A stretch of 64,000 bases of DNA from Octopus sinensis (GCF_006345805.1 NC_043006.1:101556001-101620000); one strand, 5' to 3'; counted from the first letter of the stretch, positions 1-12,919 are shown. Notes: generated from the sequence alone by a model not told the origin. Numbers and translations are program-made.

Positions 1-115
1 TTCATTATTCTAAAACTTAATTGATATAAAGGTAGTATATGTCAACAGAACTATAGTAAAACAAAGTGGTTAACATTACCACTAGGCACCTTATGTACCT
101 TTAGCAAAGTCCACT

Positions 116-211
116 CTATTCTAAGTATTCTGGTTTGAGAGTTCTTCCTTTCTCATTTCCACTAGTCCTGGAGGCTCTGGGAAGAACCATGAGCTCTGCT
201 TTCCTTTCTGA
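116..211 (-). CDS. Candidate (terminal?) coding exon, product unknown
   Basis: Strong minus-strand acceptor (gggtttttttccccctttag|T at 211). Two frames read ~30 aa to a TAG: QKGKQSSWFFPEPPGLVEMRKEELSNQNT* or SERKAELMVLPRASRTSGNEKGRTLKPEYLE*. No homology recognised. Confidence 0.22.
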   Translation of the reverse strand, partial: SERKAELMVLPRASRTSGNEKGRTLKPEYLE

Positions 212-1031
212 CTAAAGGGGGAAAAAAACCCAATAACTTTTTAGTCTCTGCTAATTTACATGAAAACTATATGATATTTATATTTTTACCTGCTTTGTCA
301 AAAGTGCAACACTTGGCAGGATATGAACAAGTGAATCTTTTATTTAAGAATAAGACACTGTACCATATTCACCCAGTCATTACGATCGCTTTTTACTCTT
401 TAATTAGTTTGTATGAGACCCTTGTTTTTATCAGCTTTTGTGTTAAAAAAAATTAATCTTGCCAAACAGTTTATCCCTACACAAGAAAGAGAAGAAAGAA
501 AAAAACTATACTGAATGATATCTATAAAAAAAAACAAAAAACTATAAAACAAAGCTCAATCAAGTTCCCGATGTCTCATTGATTTCATTAAGAGTGTGTT
601 GGTAAATTAGAACTTTCAGGCATCTCTTATTTTGTTCACTTTGCCACATTTAGAAAGATTAGCTCAGTTTTGGAGGAGAAAATCAAATCAGAACAAGAAC
701 AAACAAAATGAAATATAATTTGGTCATAGAAAGAAAGGTATGAAAGAAAATATTTCTTTTACCTTGTTTATATGCTAAAGCGTAACTGCATGGATAGATT
801 AGAGATTCTGTTATACTCTTCGTTTCCTTCTATCAACTTCTTCCATAGTCTACTCTATAATCATTTTCTCTATTTCTTCTTCCTTACACCTTTCTTTCTT
901 TATCTTCATCTTTTAATCTTCTGTCTTCTAGTATATTCCTTTCATGCACATAATCTATATTCTTTTTAATATATTCTCCTCTTTCATCCTTTTGTATTAC
1001 TCTTTGCTGTCTTTTCTGTCATCACCATCAT

Positions 1032-1160
1032 AGCTCTCTGTCATAGTTCTTCTCCATCACAGTTCTTCTCCGTCACAGCTCTTCTTCTTTGCAGTTCTCC
1101 TCCATCGCAGTTCTTCTCTATCATAATTCTTCCCTGCTGCAGTTCTTCTATACCATAATA
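1032..1160. repeat. Degenerate 16-bp minisatellite, about 7.5 copies (consensus AGTTCTTCTCCATCAC)
   Basis: Units start at 1045, 1061, 1077, 1093, 1109, 1125 and 1141, with a partial unit from 1032. Confidence 0.85.
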
Positions 1161-1454
1161 ATCCCCTTCCTTATTTTGATTCTCAAATATTGCCTTCTTT
1201 GATATAATTTTCCTTGTTTATATCTTCTACATTGTACATTCTTCACCATTGTTTTTTGTTTTTTTTAACCATTGTCTCCTTTTATGCAATTTTCATCGTC
1301 TCTCTTCTTGCCACCATTGTCTTTTATTTTTGTCACCATTGCTGCCTTCACAATAGTCATCACTTTCTGATCATCATTACCTTTTCTATACATTTTTGTC
1401 TTTGCCAGCATCTCAGTCTTCTTTCACAACTTTTGGTTTACATACTCACATACA

Positions 1455-1705
1455 CATGGATGAATGTGTGTGTGTGTGCTTATTTGTATGTATGTATGTA
1501 TATATATATATGTGTATGTGTGTATGTGTGTGTGTGTATAAATTGTATATGTATATGTATCTATAAATATGTGTGTATATATGTGTGTGTGTGCATGTAT
1601 ATATGTATGTGTGCATGTGTGTATATGCATTTGTGTATGTATTTCTATGTATATGTAAATCTATACACAGATATGTGATGTGTATCTATGTGTATGAAAG
1701 TAAAA

Positions 1706-1744
<39 letters not shown>

Positions 1745-1745
1745 T
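1455..1745. repeat. Compound (TG)n/(TA)n microsatellite field
   Basis: Directly visible; explains ORFs 1214-1678, 1424-1630, 1573-1845 and 1688-1888. Confidence 0.95.
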
Positions 1746-3429
1746 CTTTATATTCATTCTTCATTATGTTTACCTTTTTTTTTGTTTTGTATCCATCAGT
1801 GCTCATCTTCCATCTTTTGTGTACTTCCTCTGCCTCCTACTCTAACTCTCCATTCTATCACCTGCTTCTTATAGACTTATATTACTGATGTTATTTATCG
1901 TCTCACAATTCTTGAAATCAGTATTCACGAGAACAGCAACAACAACATCAATAGAGATGATGAGGGTGATAATGATGATGCCTATCTGTTTGCTGGCTTG
2001 TTTGTTTGTTTGTTTGTTTGTAGTTTATAAAGAAGTCCCTTGAGCTAAGGTAACTTTTAAACAATTACGCAATGGAGCTAACTAATTAGCTGCTGGAGTA
2101 AAAAAACAAAATCTCACAAAAAGCAAAAATAAGAACAATACACAAAAGAAATACATAAAAATGCCATTGTCAGAAAGTGAATACATTCATTTAATGCACT
2201 CTGCTGTGCAGTTTAACAAGTATAGCTCTTAGCTATTGCAGACATTTCGAAAAGAACAATAACATTATAATGACGATGATGATGATGATAATAATGATGT
2301 TGATGGTGATTTTGATGGTGGTTGTATACGGGATGAATTTCTGTTTAATAGTAATATGTTATTGCTTTTGTTTCTGCTTCCCATGTATTTATATACGTTT
2401 GTGTGTGTGTGTGTGTGTGTGTGTGGATTTGTTTCTTTTATTTTTGCTGACTGACACATCCTGCTTTATTAACATGGCTATCTTTAGGTTATGATTGCTG
2501 TTCTGAACTTTAGGGTTAAATTTAGGATAGATTCAATATTTGTATCTGCCGCAATTCAATGCAGTATTGATTAATATTATTGTTAATTCTTCAACTCTGC
2601 AGAATCTCTTTCTCTTATAAATATATATATATATATATATATATGTATAAATGTGGAAAAGAAAATTGATTTGTTATTATTTATGTATCTGTCTATATTC
2701 ATATAATCATATAGTTACTGCATTTTTTCTCTGTTACAATCGTTGTGTTGTAATGATCAGCATAGAAAATGTACGATATGAAGAGACCTATATTTCCAAA
2801 AGTTCAACTTTATAACTTATCGTTATTATTATTATTATTATTACATGAATAAATACATTAAAATTTTTCTTTGATTCTTGTTTGCTTCTTGTGTCAGTTT
2901 GTTTGTCTGTTTGACTGTCAATTTTCGTTTATTGATAAAGTTTCTCTGCAGGAGGAATAAAGGACAGTGCTAACACATTTTCAATATAACTCATCCTAAA
3001 ATGAAATGTATCATAAAGATTTCTATAAAGTAAGAAATACAGGATATTTTTTTTTGCTTACATTCTTCTTCATTTTCTATTTTCTTTTTGCTATTTCTAT
3101 TTATACTTCAGTACAAACAATAACTTACGTAATCTGGACAGTTTCAATTGAAAATGTGGATTTCAAAGCTCTACTCAGTATATTTCCATTGACGTATATC
3201 TTCCAGAAAAAAAGATGTAAAAGAAAAATTCAAAGAAGAAAATCCATGTAGGATAATTGTAAAGTGGTATAATAGTATTACAGATGAGTTAGGTTTAGAA
3301 TAATGGATGTAAGACCATTCCTAAAAGAGAGGATGAAGTTAACTGACCAATGAGAAAAGCTTATATTGTACAGTGAGAATGATTTGTATTGGTTTAAAAA
3401 AATGTGATGATGATGATAATAATAATGAT

Positions 3430-3970
3430 AATAATGCCGTGATGCTCTACCAGGTTCTGGCTCTCATGGCTTCCCATCTTAACTGATTGGAATTGTTACC
3501 ATGTACATTTTTTGCCTTGGTGTAATAGATGGGTTACAACAAATATTCTGCTCAATACCACAGTTTTTGTCAGTTGTTTGACCTTAGCCAGTTGAGCATG
3601 TCCTTTGGTGGTTGACAATATGTGCATCTATGACCACGAGCAGAAGTAGTAGGGGAACATCATAGCCTGTATTGAGTGGAATTATTGGGGTTTGAATAAT
3701 TCACCCCTTTCTGTTGATCGCCTTCAAACAACCTTTATTCAGGGACCTTTTGAGTGGGATGGGCCTGAAGAAAATTCTAACTGGGCCCCCACCTGCAAAG
3801 TCATGTGCCATTTATCTTGATATAACATCACCATGCCACACACATGGTTGTCATGCATGTACCTGGTGTACCCTTATCAGACAGGTAGTCATGATGAGTA
3901 TACTAAGCTTCTTATATTTATACCCCAGTGTCACTTTGATGGCATGCACTGCTCTCTCACTTATTAGTAA
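3430..3970 (+). mobile_element. ~550-bp interspersed repeat bounded by (AAT)n; probable non-autonomous or 3' derivative of a non-LTR element
   Basis: Reverse-complement homologous to 26763-27325 and 27360-27780; both ends embedded in (AAT)n. Confidence 0.8.
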
Positions 3971-3984
3971 TAATAATAATGATA

Positions 3985-4445
3985 GTAATAATAATTCTTG
4001 ATTTTAGCACAAGACTTTGCGGAGAGGGTGTCAGTCTATTGCATCAATCCTATAGTTGACTAGTACTCTATTTTATTAACCCTGGAATGATGAAAAGCAA
4101 AGTTGACCGTGACTAGATTTGGACTCTGCAGCATTTCTTCTGGCTGTTTAAGTGTTTTGTCCAATGCACTAATGATTCTACCAGTTTACCACATTGATAA
4201 TAATAATGATAATAATTAATAATAATAATCCTTTCTACTATAGGCACAAGATCTGAAGTTTGTGGGGAGGGGATAACTCGATCACATCGATCCCTGTACT
4301 TGACTGGTACTTAATTTATTGACCCTGAAAGGATGAAAGGCAAAGTTGACTGTGGTGGAATTTGAACTCTGAACCTAAAGAGAGACGAATTGCTGCTAAG
4401 CATTTTGCCTGGTGTACTCACAATCCTACCAGCTCTCTGTCTTAA
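3985..4445 (-). mobile_element. Two tandem copies of tRNA-related SINE family B (3985-4200, 4228-4445) separated by (AAT)n
   Basis: Share ggatgaaaggcaaagttgac..ggaatttgaactc core with plus-strand copies at 23839-24462. Confidence 0.8.
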
Positions 4446-4447
4446 TG

Positions 4448-4482
<35 letters not shown>

Positions 4483-4595
4483 GCACTTGAAGGACTGCTG
4501 AAAATTTGTGTATACCTAAGGTAACAGGTAGTAACCTGCTACCCACATAAATCCTATCAGCTGTAAGACCGAACCTGAGCCAAACCAAAATAATA

Positions 4596-5880
4596 TTGGG
4601 TCATCCCATAAATAATGCATTTTTTTCAATTGCATTAACTACAAGTTGCAGGAAGATTGGATAAACTACCTGCATCAACCTGCTATAAAGGTAGGTAGTA
4701 ATTTTACCTTACCTTTATTCTTAGTGGAAGGTTTGCAGTTCGATTTTAAGTTGTTTTTTTTTCAAAGCTATAATGGAAGTGACAAAGGAACACATTCGAC
4801 ATATTTTGCTTTATGTGTTTAATAAAGGCAACAACACAATGGAAAGTGAGAGGAATATTAATGAAGTATATGGAGATTGGACAATACACATAAGCCAGTG
4901 TCAACGGTGGTTCCAGAAATTCCAAGCCAGAAACTACAGCCTAGAAGACAAGCCTCATCCTAGAAGATCTGTATATCTGTAGAGCTCAATGAGGACGTCT
5001 TGCAAACCTTGGTGGTACAGACTCCCATTGTAACTGTTGAGAAACTAGCAGAGAAGCTTGGATTTGGTCATTCAACCACTCATTTACACCTGTGTGCCAT
5101 CAGAAAAGTTAACAAATTGGGTCAGTGGATTCCTCACAAACTTTGTGAGTTGAATCGCTCACAGAGAGTGAATGTGTGCTCTTCTTGGCAGTCACGTCTC
5201 ACAAATGAATCTTTTTGGGGCTGAATTGTGACTGGCGACAAGAAATCAGTCCTCTCTAAAAGTGTGAAGTGCTGAAGACAGAGGGTAGGGAAAGGAGAAA
5301 CACCAGCACACCAGGCTAAAGAAGGTCTTCACCCACGTATTGTATTGTTATCAGTTTGGAGGGATATAAAAGGTTTAGTCCATTTTGAACTTTTAAACTC
5401 AAACCAAACAATAACAAAGGAGATCTACTGAAAGCAGCTTCAGTGGCTTAAGTCAGTACTAGAAGAAAAATTACCATGTTTCGTTTCAAGACGAAAGGTG
5501 TTCTTCCATCAGGATAATGCTTGGCCACATACAGCAAAGATGACATTCCAAAGGCTGGAGCAGTGTCAATGAGAAACGATGCCCCACCCATCAAATACAT
5601 TGGATATTGTCCCATCTGATTATCATTTATTTTGCAGTCTTCAATATCATTTGGACAGAAAAATATGAATTCTGTAGATGAGGTCTAAACAGTACTGGAG
5701 AATATTTTTTGTGACAGACAAGTGGATTTTGGAAGAGGGGCCTTGCAAGTCAACCAGATATATGGAAGAGTATTGTAGAAAATGAAGGAGAGTATATTTA
5801 AGATTTAAAAAGAACTTTATCTTAATTTTGAAAAATAAAGAAAGTATTAAAAAAAACACATTATTTATGGGATGACCCAA
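4596..5880 (+). mobile_element. Full-length (1285 bp) decayed mariner DNA transposon
   Basis: TIRs ttgggtcatcccataaataatg (4596) and cattatttatgggatgacccaa (ends 5880); TA at 4594-4595; internal transposase remnant. Confidence 0.95.
4773..5790 (+). pseudogene. Mariner DD34D transposase pseudogene (stops and frameshifts)
   Basis: MEVTKEHIRHILLY.., WIPHKL (WVPHEL motif), IVTGDKK, HQDNAWPH and PSDYHLF. The 2nd and 3rd catalytic GAT codons at 5513 and 5618 give 34 intervening codons. Confidence 0.93.
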
Positions 5881-6779
5881 AAGTAGGTTGTAAAATTGAA
5901 CTTTTAGAAATTTAGGTCTCTTTATATTGTAAATGTTCTATGCTGATTGTTACAACAAACCAAAGAGTGTTCTACAGATGCATCTGTATTATTCTTTCTG
6001 TAACTGAATTATGCAGAAAGAACAAGTTAAATGGTCACTTTTTTTATGCTAGTAAGTTTTGTATCCTTTTCAGGTGTGTTAGATAGCATAGCAACAAACA
6101 ATTAGTTTGGATGACAGCATAAATACCAATTGAGAGCTTATGCAGCTTTTGAAAACTATGAACACGGCAAAGAAGAAAAAAAAAGCTTGTGGTAAAATGT
6201 ACACGAATGCCTGTTATCCATGGTTGGATGTGAGCAGCTTGGAATACACTCTTGTGTGTTTACAGTGAGTTTGTTCTGAAGAATTTGTTATGGAAAGGAG
6301 CTAACTTGAAGAATACTGTCTCAAGACCTGTCATCTTGTTGGCTTCTAATAATTAGAAACATTTTTACACTCAATGACTGTTTACATGGTGATAAGACAA
6401 ATGGAGTAAAGGAGGAGAATTTTTCAGAAGTTGAAAACAAAGTGGTTTATAAATGTTTGCCAAGTTGAGATCTGTATTGATTGAGGAAATTCTACGGAAT
6501 ATAGTCATATTGTTTGAGGTGTGATAGGTAAAGAAGATTTTGCAATGTACTGGAAGAAGTGCAGTCATTAATAATGAACTGGTAGTAAAGTGAGAGTAAA
6601 ACAGTTTTGAGATAGTGATGGATTTGGTACTTTGTGAAATTGCCTCAGGAATATCTTGAAAGGATAACACGAGGTAAAGTGTGAACTAACACAGAATTGT
6701 CATTTGCCTGAATAATAATAATAATAATGATGATGATGATGATGATACAGTTATGTTTGTGCATTTTGAATTACTACTA

Positions 6780-6905
6780 CAATCTAGTGATGGTGCATGG
6801 TTAGGATGCAGTACTTGTGATTTCAAGATTGTGGTTTCAGTTCCTAGCCTGGGTAGTGTGTTGTGTTCTTGAGCAAACACTTCATTTCTCATTGCTCTGT
6901 GATCC
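6780..6905 (+). mobile_element. tRNA-derived SINE head fragment
   Basis: A-box-like tggtgcatggttagg, B-box-like ggtttcagttcc, then tgttcttgagcaaacacttcattt as in 41735 and 50445. Confidence 0.6.
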
Positions 6906-9836
6906 CTTCATCTTGTCAATTTGGTCATTATAAACAAATCATGTGTGCAGGTTGTTCAGCAAGAAATTACAGAACTGTCTTTCTCAGACTGCAGGAGAAC
7001 AATCATCCATTATCTGGTGAAAACATGGTATTTTGAGCTTGTATATACTCTTATCTGATTCGAACAATTTTATGGTGAAAGAATGGAAACAATGGTAATT
7101 ATAATTTAAAAGCTTTGATAATATTTTTATAGAGTAGATACAACTACAATCTGGGAGTTAACTAGTTCTGTTATTTAGAAGACATGAATATGTCTTTTGA
7201 GACGAATACAATATTGTCTGGCATGCAGACAACACTGTTTTGCTACCCACTTATATGTTTGAAGACTATAGTCACGATAAAACAAGAGCATTTTTATGTT
7301 AATCCCATAACTATGCCTACTCAGTGTGACAGTCTTTATGAAATATCCACAGGTTGTCTCCCAAAGGAGAGACACATGTCAATTCATATTTTTTCTGTTA
7401 ACAAGGAGACAGAGCCAATCTCTTTACCATTATGTGTATAGGTATACTTTCTTTTTATCATTATCTGCTGAGATTCAGTTAGGATTTTACAGAATTTTTG
7501 AATAAGACTCTTATTCTTTATGTATCTTATAAAAGGAGGTCCATTGACTTAATTGTAGGTTTCATTGCCAAAACATTAATAAGAATGGAGATTAAATACA
7601 GCTCTTGTTAATGACTTTTGACATATAAGATATATACACTCAGTATATTATATCATAATTATTATTTTTATGAATGGGGAGTTATCAGTTTTGGTTTCTG
7701 TGAGTGAGTGTGTTTTGTGTAAATCATAAACTTTGTTATTTAAGTGAAACAATTCATAAGTTTACTCAGCCTATATTTGTCTATATGTGTTAGTTTTATA
7801 ATTTTAATGCATTTTTGTTTTTGCTGCTGCTGTTGCTGTAATAACAGCAACAATAGTTATGCTGTCATTGAAAATAAAGAAATCATTATTTTTATTTTAT
7901 TTTTATTTTTTTATTTATATTTACTCCATTGAAATTTTACTCATCTTAGGTTTCAGAAAACCAATCGAGAGAGAGAATGTGTGTGTGTGTGTGTGTGTGT
8001 GTATGCATGTGCATATGCATGCATGTATGTGTGTGTATGTGAGATTATTTTGAAGCTGTGTAGAAAGTTGAAATTGAGATATTCTTTAATGTATTAAGTT
8101 TCATTCTGTCTGTATTAAAAAAAATAATAATATCTTTTGTATATTTATTCTCCTACAAACTCTAATCCATTGCTGCTATGTTACGTATTACTTTCTTATT
8201 TTAGACTTGTTTTCTCTGAGTGTAAGTGAGCTTCATCATGTCAACTATTCAAACTAATCCAAAGTTTTCAGGAAATTACTGCAAATAAACATCAACAATA
8301 GCAGCATCAACCACATGACTGGGGGAAAAAAATATTGTTAGTTTTGCTGAAGAAATATAATCTGATATTTTTAAGATAATCCAGCTCTCAGTTTTATAAG
8401 GATCACTTCTTGGATTCTATTTCTCTCTATTGCATAGTTTTATTTTTGTCAACTTCAGAAGCAGGGGAAAAAATTTTGTGCTCTGTTTTTGAGAATTTTA
8501 TATGCTTTTTACTTTTATACCCAGTGTCAATCTTCTTAAATAGTTTTTTTGTTTTATTTGATTATCATCATCTTCATCGTCACCATCTTCAACCTTCCCA
8601 TAATCATCACTGTCATTTTTTTTTTTCATATTTTGGTTTCTGAAAATACATTTTCTAAAATTAACATATAGTGTTTGGTTAGCTAAGTTCGTTTGTTTTA
8701 TGAATGAGGAAATGCTTTATAATGCATTGATTCTGAATTTTTCATTCACATAACTACACTTCATGCTAAAAAGAAAACAAAAAATTTAAATAAAATACAC
8801 AGCACTACCTTAAGATATGGTAACACTGGACATTGTTATCTGGGGCTCTGTGGGGGGGGGGGGGCTAATGCTATGGTTGTCTATGTAATGACGCAGTGCA
8901 TTGATTTGTTTGAGAGCCTATAATGCTGTTAAGACAGCCCTGCACACATAGGCATCATCAACATCATCATCATTGTCCATTCTTGCATATGGTAAATGGA
9001 ATTCATTGAGGCAGGTTTTTCATTGCTGGATGCCCTCTTTTTATCAGCCCTCATCTGTTTCTAAGCAAGGTAATATTTCCCCTTAGCTGGACATATTTTC
9101 TGATGTTGATAGGTGTCAAAATAAGAAGAAAAGACATGCACACATAAATTGGGCTTCTTTCAGTTTCCATCTGCCAAATCCACTCAAGGTTTTGTTTAGC
9201 TCAAAGCTTTGTTTGGCTCATGGCTTTGGTTTAAGGATTTACATAAGGCTGCTATCTCTGGTGTCAATCTTTGCAATTGCAGCCAAAGTGATGTGGTTTG
9301 GAATTGAATTTCTTGTAGTCAGCAAACTGAGTGAAAATTGTTGACCAACTCTCTGAAATGAATTATGCCAGTCACTGCATCTACTGCATGCTTATTACTT
9401 TTCTCTCAAATTAGAAAAGATCTATCTAATACATGTTTTGAGGCTGTTTTTCCTGTTAAAATGTAATTAGCTATCTGGGTACCATGGTTTCTTTTTGAAG
9501 CCATTTTTTATAGCTGGATTCATTTTCCCAATAGTAATCTTACTTAATTGTCTCTTACAACATTCAGGGATATGGAGTATGTTTACCATAACTATAACAC
9601 ATGTACTAATAAATGTCTTGTGTAATCTGGTGTACTAAATTTCCTCATAGATATTTATTGCATGTTTTCTGTGGAACATGTATATTATTATGGAGTTATG
9701 TAGCATGGTCATAATGCCTAAAATAATGAGATATCCTAATAAGATTTGAGCTAATAGTCAGGTAGTATTTTATACAACACATAATTTTGTAATGGATGAG
9801 AGAAATAATTAGTTACTTAATTATGATGATGATGAT

Positions 9837-9867
<31 letters not shown>

Positions 9868-9894
9868 GTAATAATAATAATAATGATGATGATG

Positions 9895-10213
9895 ATTTCA
9901 AATTTTGGTGCAAGGCCAGCAATTACATTGACCCAGTGTTCAACTGGTATTTATTTTATTGATTCGAAAAGGATGATAGGCAAAGCCAACCTCAGTGGAA
10001 TTTAAACTCAGAATGTATAAAGTCAAACAAAATGCTATCAACCCAATGATTCTGCTCGCACACCAGTATAATAATATTAATAATTATTATTATATTTGAC
10101 TTTACCTTTCATCCTTTCGAGGTCAATGAAATAAGTACCAGTTGAGCATTGGGGTCAATGTAATTGACCGATCCCCTCCCAAATATTTCTGGTGTAGTGC
10201 CTATAGTAGAAAT
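9895..10213. mobile_element. Back-to-back SINE family B copies (9895-10070 minus; 10095-10213 plus, 5'-truncated)
   Basis: Homologous segments in opposite orientation, flanked and separated by (AAT)n/(TAT)n. Confidence 0.75.
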
Positions 10214-10234
10214 TATTATTATTATTATTATTAT

Positions 10235-10695
10235 TGTTCTTTTTAACTCAGGTTTTGTTGGAACTCTTGAAGTCTTGCATGCATAGAGGGCTTTCTGCCT
10301 GCAGCCTACAGTACCATGCTATTTGTTCTTTTCAACTATCTAATACTTACTTCACTACTCTGGCCACGTCAAGGAGGTAAACCTTTTGTAACAGTTCTAC
10401 AGGGCATTCTATTCCAATTTCTTTTATGTTCTTTTTGATGCCTTCCAATATGGTCCCCAAGGACCCAACAATAATTGGCACTATCTTCACCTTATTCACA
10501 TTTCATAGCCTTTTTCATATTTAAAAGAATTGTATATATCTATTTTTTCACCTTCCTTCCTGCAACATCAACTATATAACACATGGTTCATCTTGTCCAC
10601 CACCACTAGGTCTGGTTTCTTATGCTCTAGCACATGATCTGTTTGGATTAGGAAATCCCACCGGATTTTGCAGGTCTCCTACTCCATACCATGTA
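10235..10695 (-). mobile_element. R4/Dong-clade LINE 3' fragment (restriction-like endonuclease domain, decayed)
   Basis: Minus translation KIRWDFLIQTDHVLEHKKPDLVVVDK..YIVDVA..KVKIVPIIVGSLGTI..ELLQKVYLLDVARVVK matches the RLE PD..D motif region. Flanked by (TAT)n. Confidence 0.88.
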
Positions 10696-12034
10696 TTATT
10701 ATTATTATTGTTGTTGTTATTATCTAGAGTGAAAGGGTCATATAAATAATCTCACCTATTTTTGTACTGTGTTCTTTCATTTGTTTTCTTTAATTACAAA
10801 GTGATATGCTGTGGAGAGAATTATTATTACTACTATTTCTAAAAGAAATTATTTTCTGAAAGCAATCAATAGTTATAATTATTATTTATTGTCGTCATCA
10901 TCACCGGCGGTGGTAGTTGTGGTGTTGCTGCTGTCATCATCATCATCGGCATAATCGTCATCATTTTATAATTATCACTTATAATTTTTCAGTTCCATCA
11001 ACAGTCTCAACTCCATATAATTCAGCTACATGCAGTGCTTTTGAGAGGAGAGAGAGAGAGAAAGAGAAAGGGAAAGTATGTGCGAATGGACGAATGTGTT
11101 TCATGTATTCAGTTAATGGAGAAAGTGTAGGAGGTATTCCAGTTAGTAATACAAATATTTTTACTGAGTGTTTGACAATACAACACCTGAGATTTCATTT
11201 GCTTTTATCTGTTCATTTGAATTACTTCACCGGATCCTTTTGCAATGGGAACTACTATTTGCATCAAATATTCAAATATTTTACTTCTGTCAGTAGCTTT
11301 ATATACTAGAATAGTGACTCAGTCACTTTCTGAGCAGTGACCAGATCAGGGGAGATTTGAATATGTTGAACTAACATTCTGTTGTTTAAACTTTAATTGT
11401 TAATGATATTGTCTGGCAGATTTCATTGTTTCTTCCCACCAAACCTGAGACTTTTACATGGATAGTTACACTTTACACAAACATATCTTAAAGTAATGTG
11501 TCTTACTAATTTTCATTGGCAGTTTTTGCAGTAAGTTGCAGATTTGTTGTTATTTGTCTTGGTTTGGTGGTGTTTTCATATTGCATCTTTCTTAGAGAGT
11601 TAGATACTGTTTAAATAATTGCTCGTTGGATACTGTAGGAGCAGGTGTGGTAGGAGTGCATCTTTTTTTAATTAAGCTATTATCTACAAGACACAATAAT
11701 TACCAGGCTTTCAATTCATAATTCTGTAGCTAATAATCCATCAGTTTAACTTTCACAGAGAATGTGTGAAGGAAAATACATTTGAGTGGTCTCTAGTGAT
11801 CTCATGTTTGTCCCACATGAGCTCCTATTTTTAAAGCTGCAAATTGGCAGAGTTATTAGAGCATTGAACAAAAAGATTCACTGTATTTGTTCTTACTATC
11901 AACACTGAGATCAAATCTTGCCCAGGTCAGCCTTGCCTTTTATCCTTTCAAGAATCAGTGAAATAACATGATATTTAATGTGATATTTAATGATCCTGGT
12001 TAACATTCTTACAATACTACCAAACCATTGCATT

Positions 12035-12292
12035 TGATTTGAAAACTATGGAAATATTTTTAAAAGAACATTTCATTTAATTTTTCCACAATTTAATTGT
12101 TTTTCATGCTTTACTCTAAGTTGAAGAAGTTGCAAAGACTGAAACTGGTACTAAAATATTTATCATGAGAACATTTTAGTTCTGCTTTCCGTCTTTGCAA
12201 CTTTTCAACTTAAGTAAAGCAAGAAAAACAATTAAATTGTGGAAAAATTAAATGAAATATTTAAAAAAAATATTTCCATAGTTTCCAAATAC
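12035..12292. repeat. Inverted repeat A (fold-back, centre ~12165)
   Basis: aattgtttttcatgctttactctaagttgaagaagttgcaaagac pairs with gtctttgcaacttttcaacttaagtaaagcaagaaaaacaatt; the outer parts pair via gaaaactatggaaatattt (12041) and its reverse complement (12268). Confidence 0.9.
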
Positions 12293-12584
12293 ATGGGACA
12301 TTTTTCTTTTTTCTGTCTCTCTCTTTTACTTTTGTGAAGGCTCAGCAGGTAGGTTGTAGCAAGTCTGAAGGAATATTCAATATGGGGGATGTGGGTTCTT
12401 GGTTTTGATTGTTTAAGCAGCAAAACAAAGAACCCATATCCCTTATATTAAATATTCCTTCAAACCTGCTACTACCTACCTGTGGAGCCTTCACAAAAGT
12501 AAAAGAGAGAGAGAGGGAGAGAAACACACAGAAAGAAAAAAAAAAGGAAAATGCTCCATGTATTCGAAAACTATGGAAATATTT
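12268..12584. repeat. Inverted repeat B (nearly loopless palindrome, centre ~12414)
   Basis: ttttacttttgtgaaggctc..gaaggaatatt..gggttctt pairs with aagaaccc..aatattccttc..gagccttcacaaaagtaaaa; the right arm has an expanded (GA)/(CA) tract. Confidence 0.9.
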
Positions 12585-12919
12585 CAGGTTTGTATCATTA
12601 AAGAAATGAGACAAAGCAGTTTCCCCTTCCACCATAAATTTCAAACTTTAGACATCTGCATGAAATGACATTTAGATATTGCACTGGTATCACTGGATCA
12701 AAGTTTATTTTTCAGTCAGCATTTTCATCTACATTTATGTGAAAGTCTATATATGTATGCATATGCTTACATTTGTGGGTAATAATTCAGTTAAAAATGG
12801 TAGACCTGAAAACTGGATATTTTATGACTTGTTGGAGGAAGAGAAGTTAGTCTTAATCCTTTAGCATTTAGATCACTGTCAAATGTAATGCATGTAATTC
12901 ACATTCTTATAGTTTTGAG

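Noticed and set aside
1214-1888. Long ORFs rich in V/C/Y/I/H/T (also 29251-29778, 33682-34066, 43223-43445, 61765-61974)
   Set aside because: Translations of (TG)n/(TA)n microsatellites, not genes.
2952-3028. Good acceptor and donor pair (also 6073-6191, 6951-7027, 45094, 56673)
   Set aside because: Stops in all or most frames, or phases cannot be chained into a recognisable protein; could be non-coding exons but unsupported.
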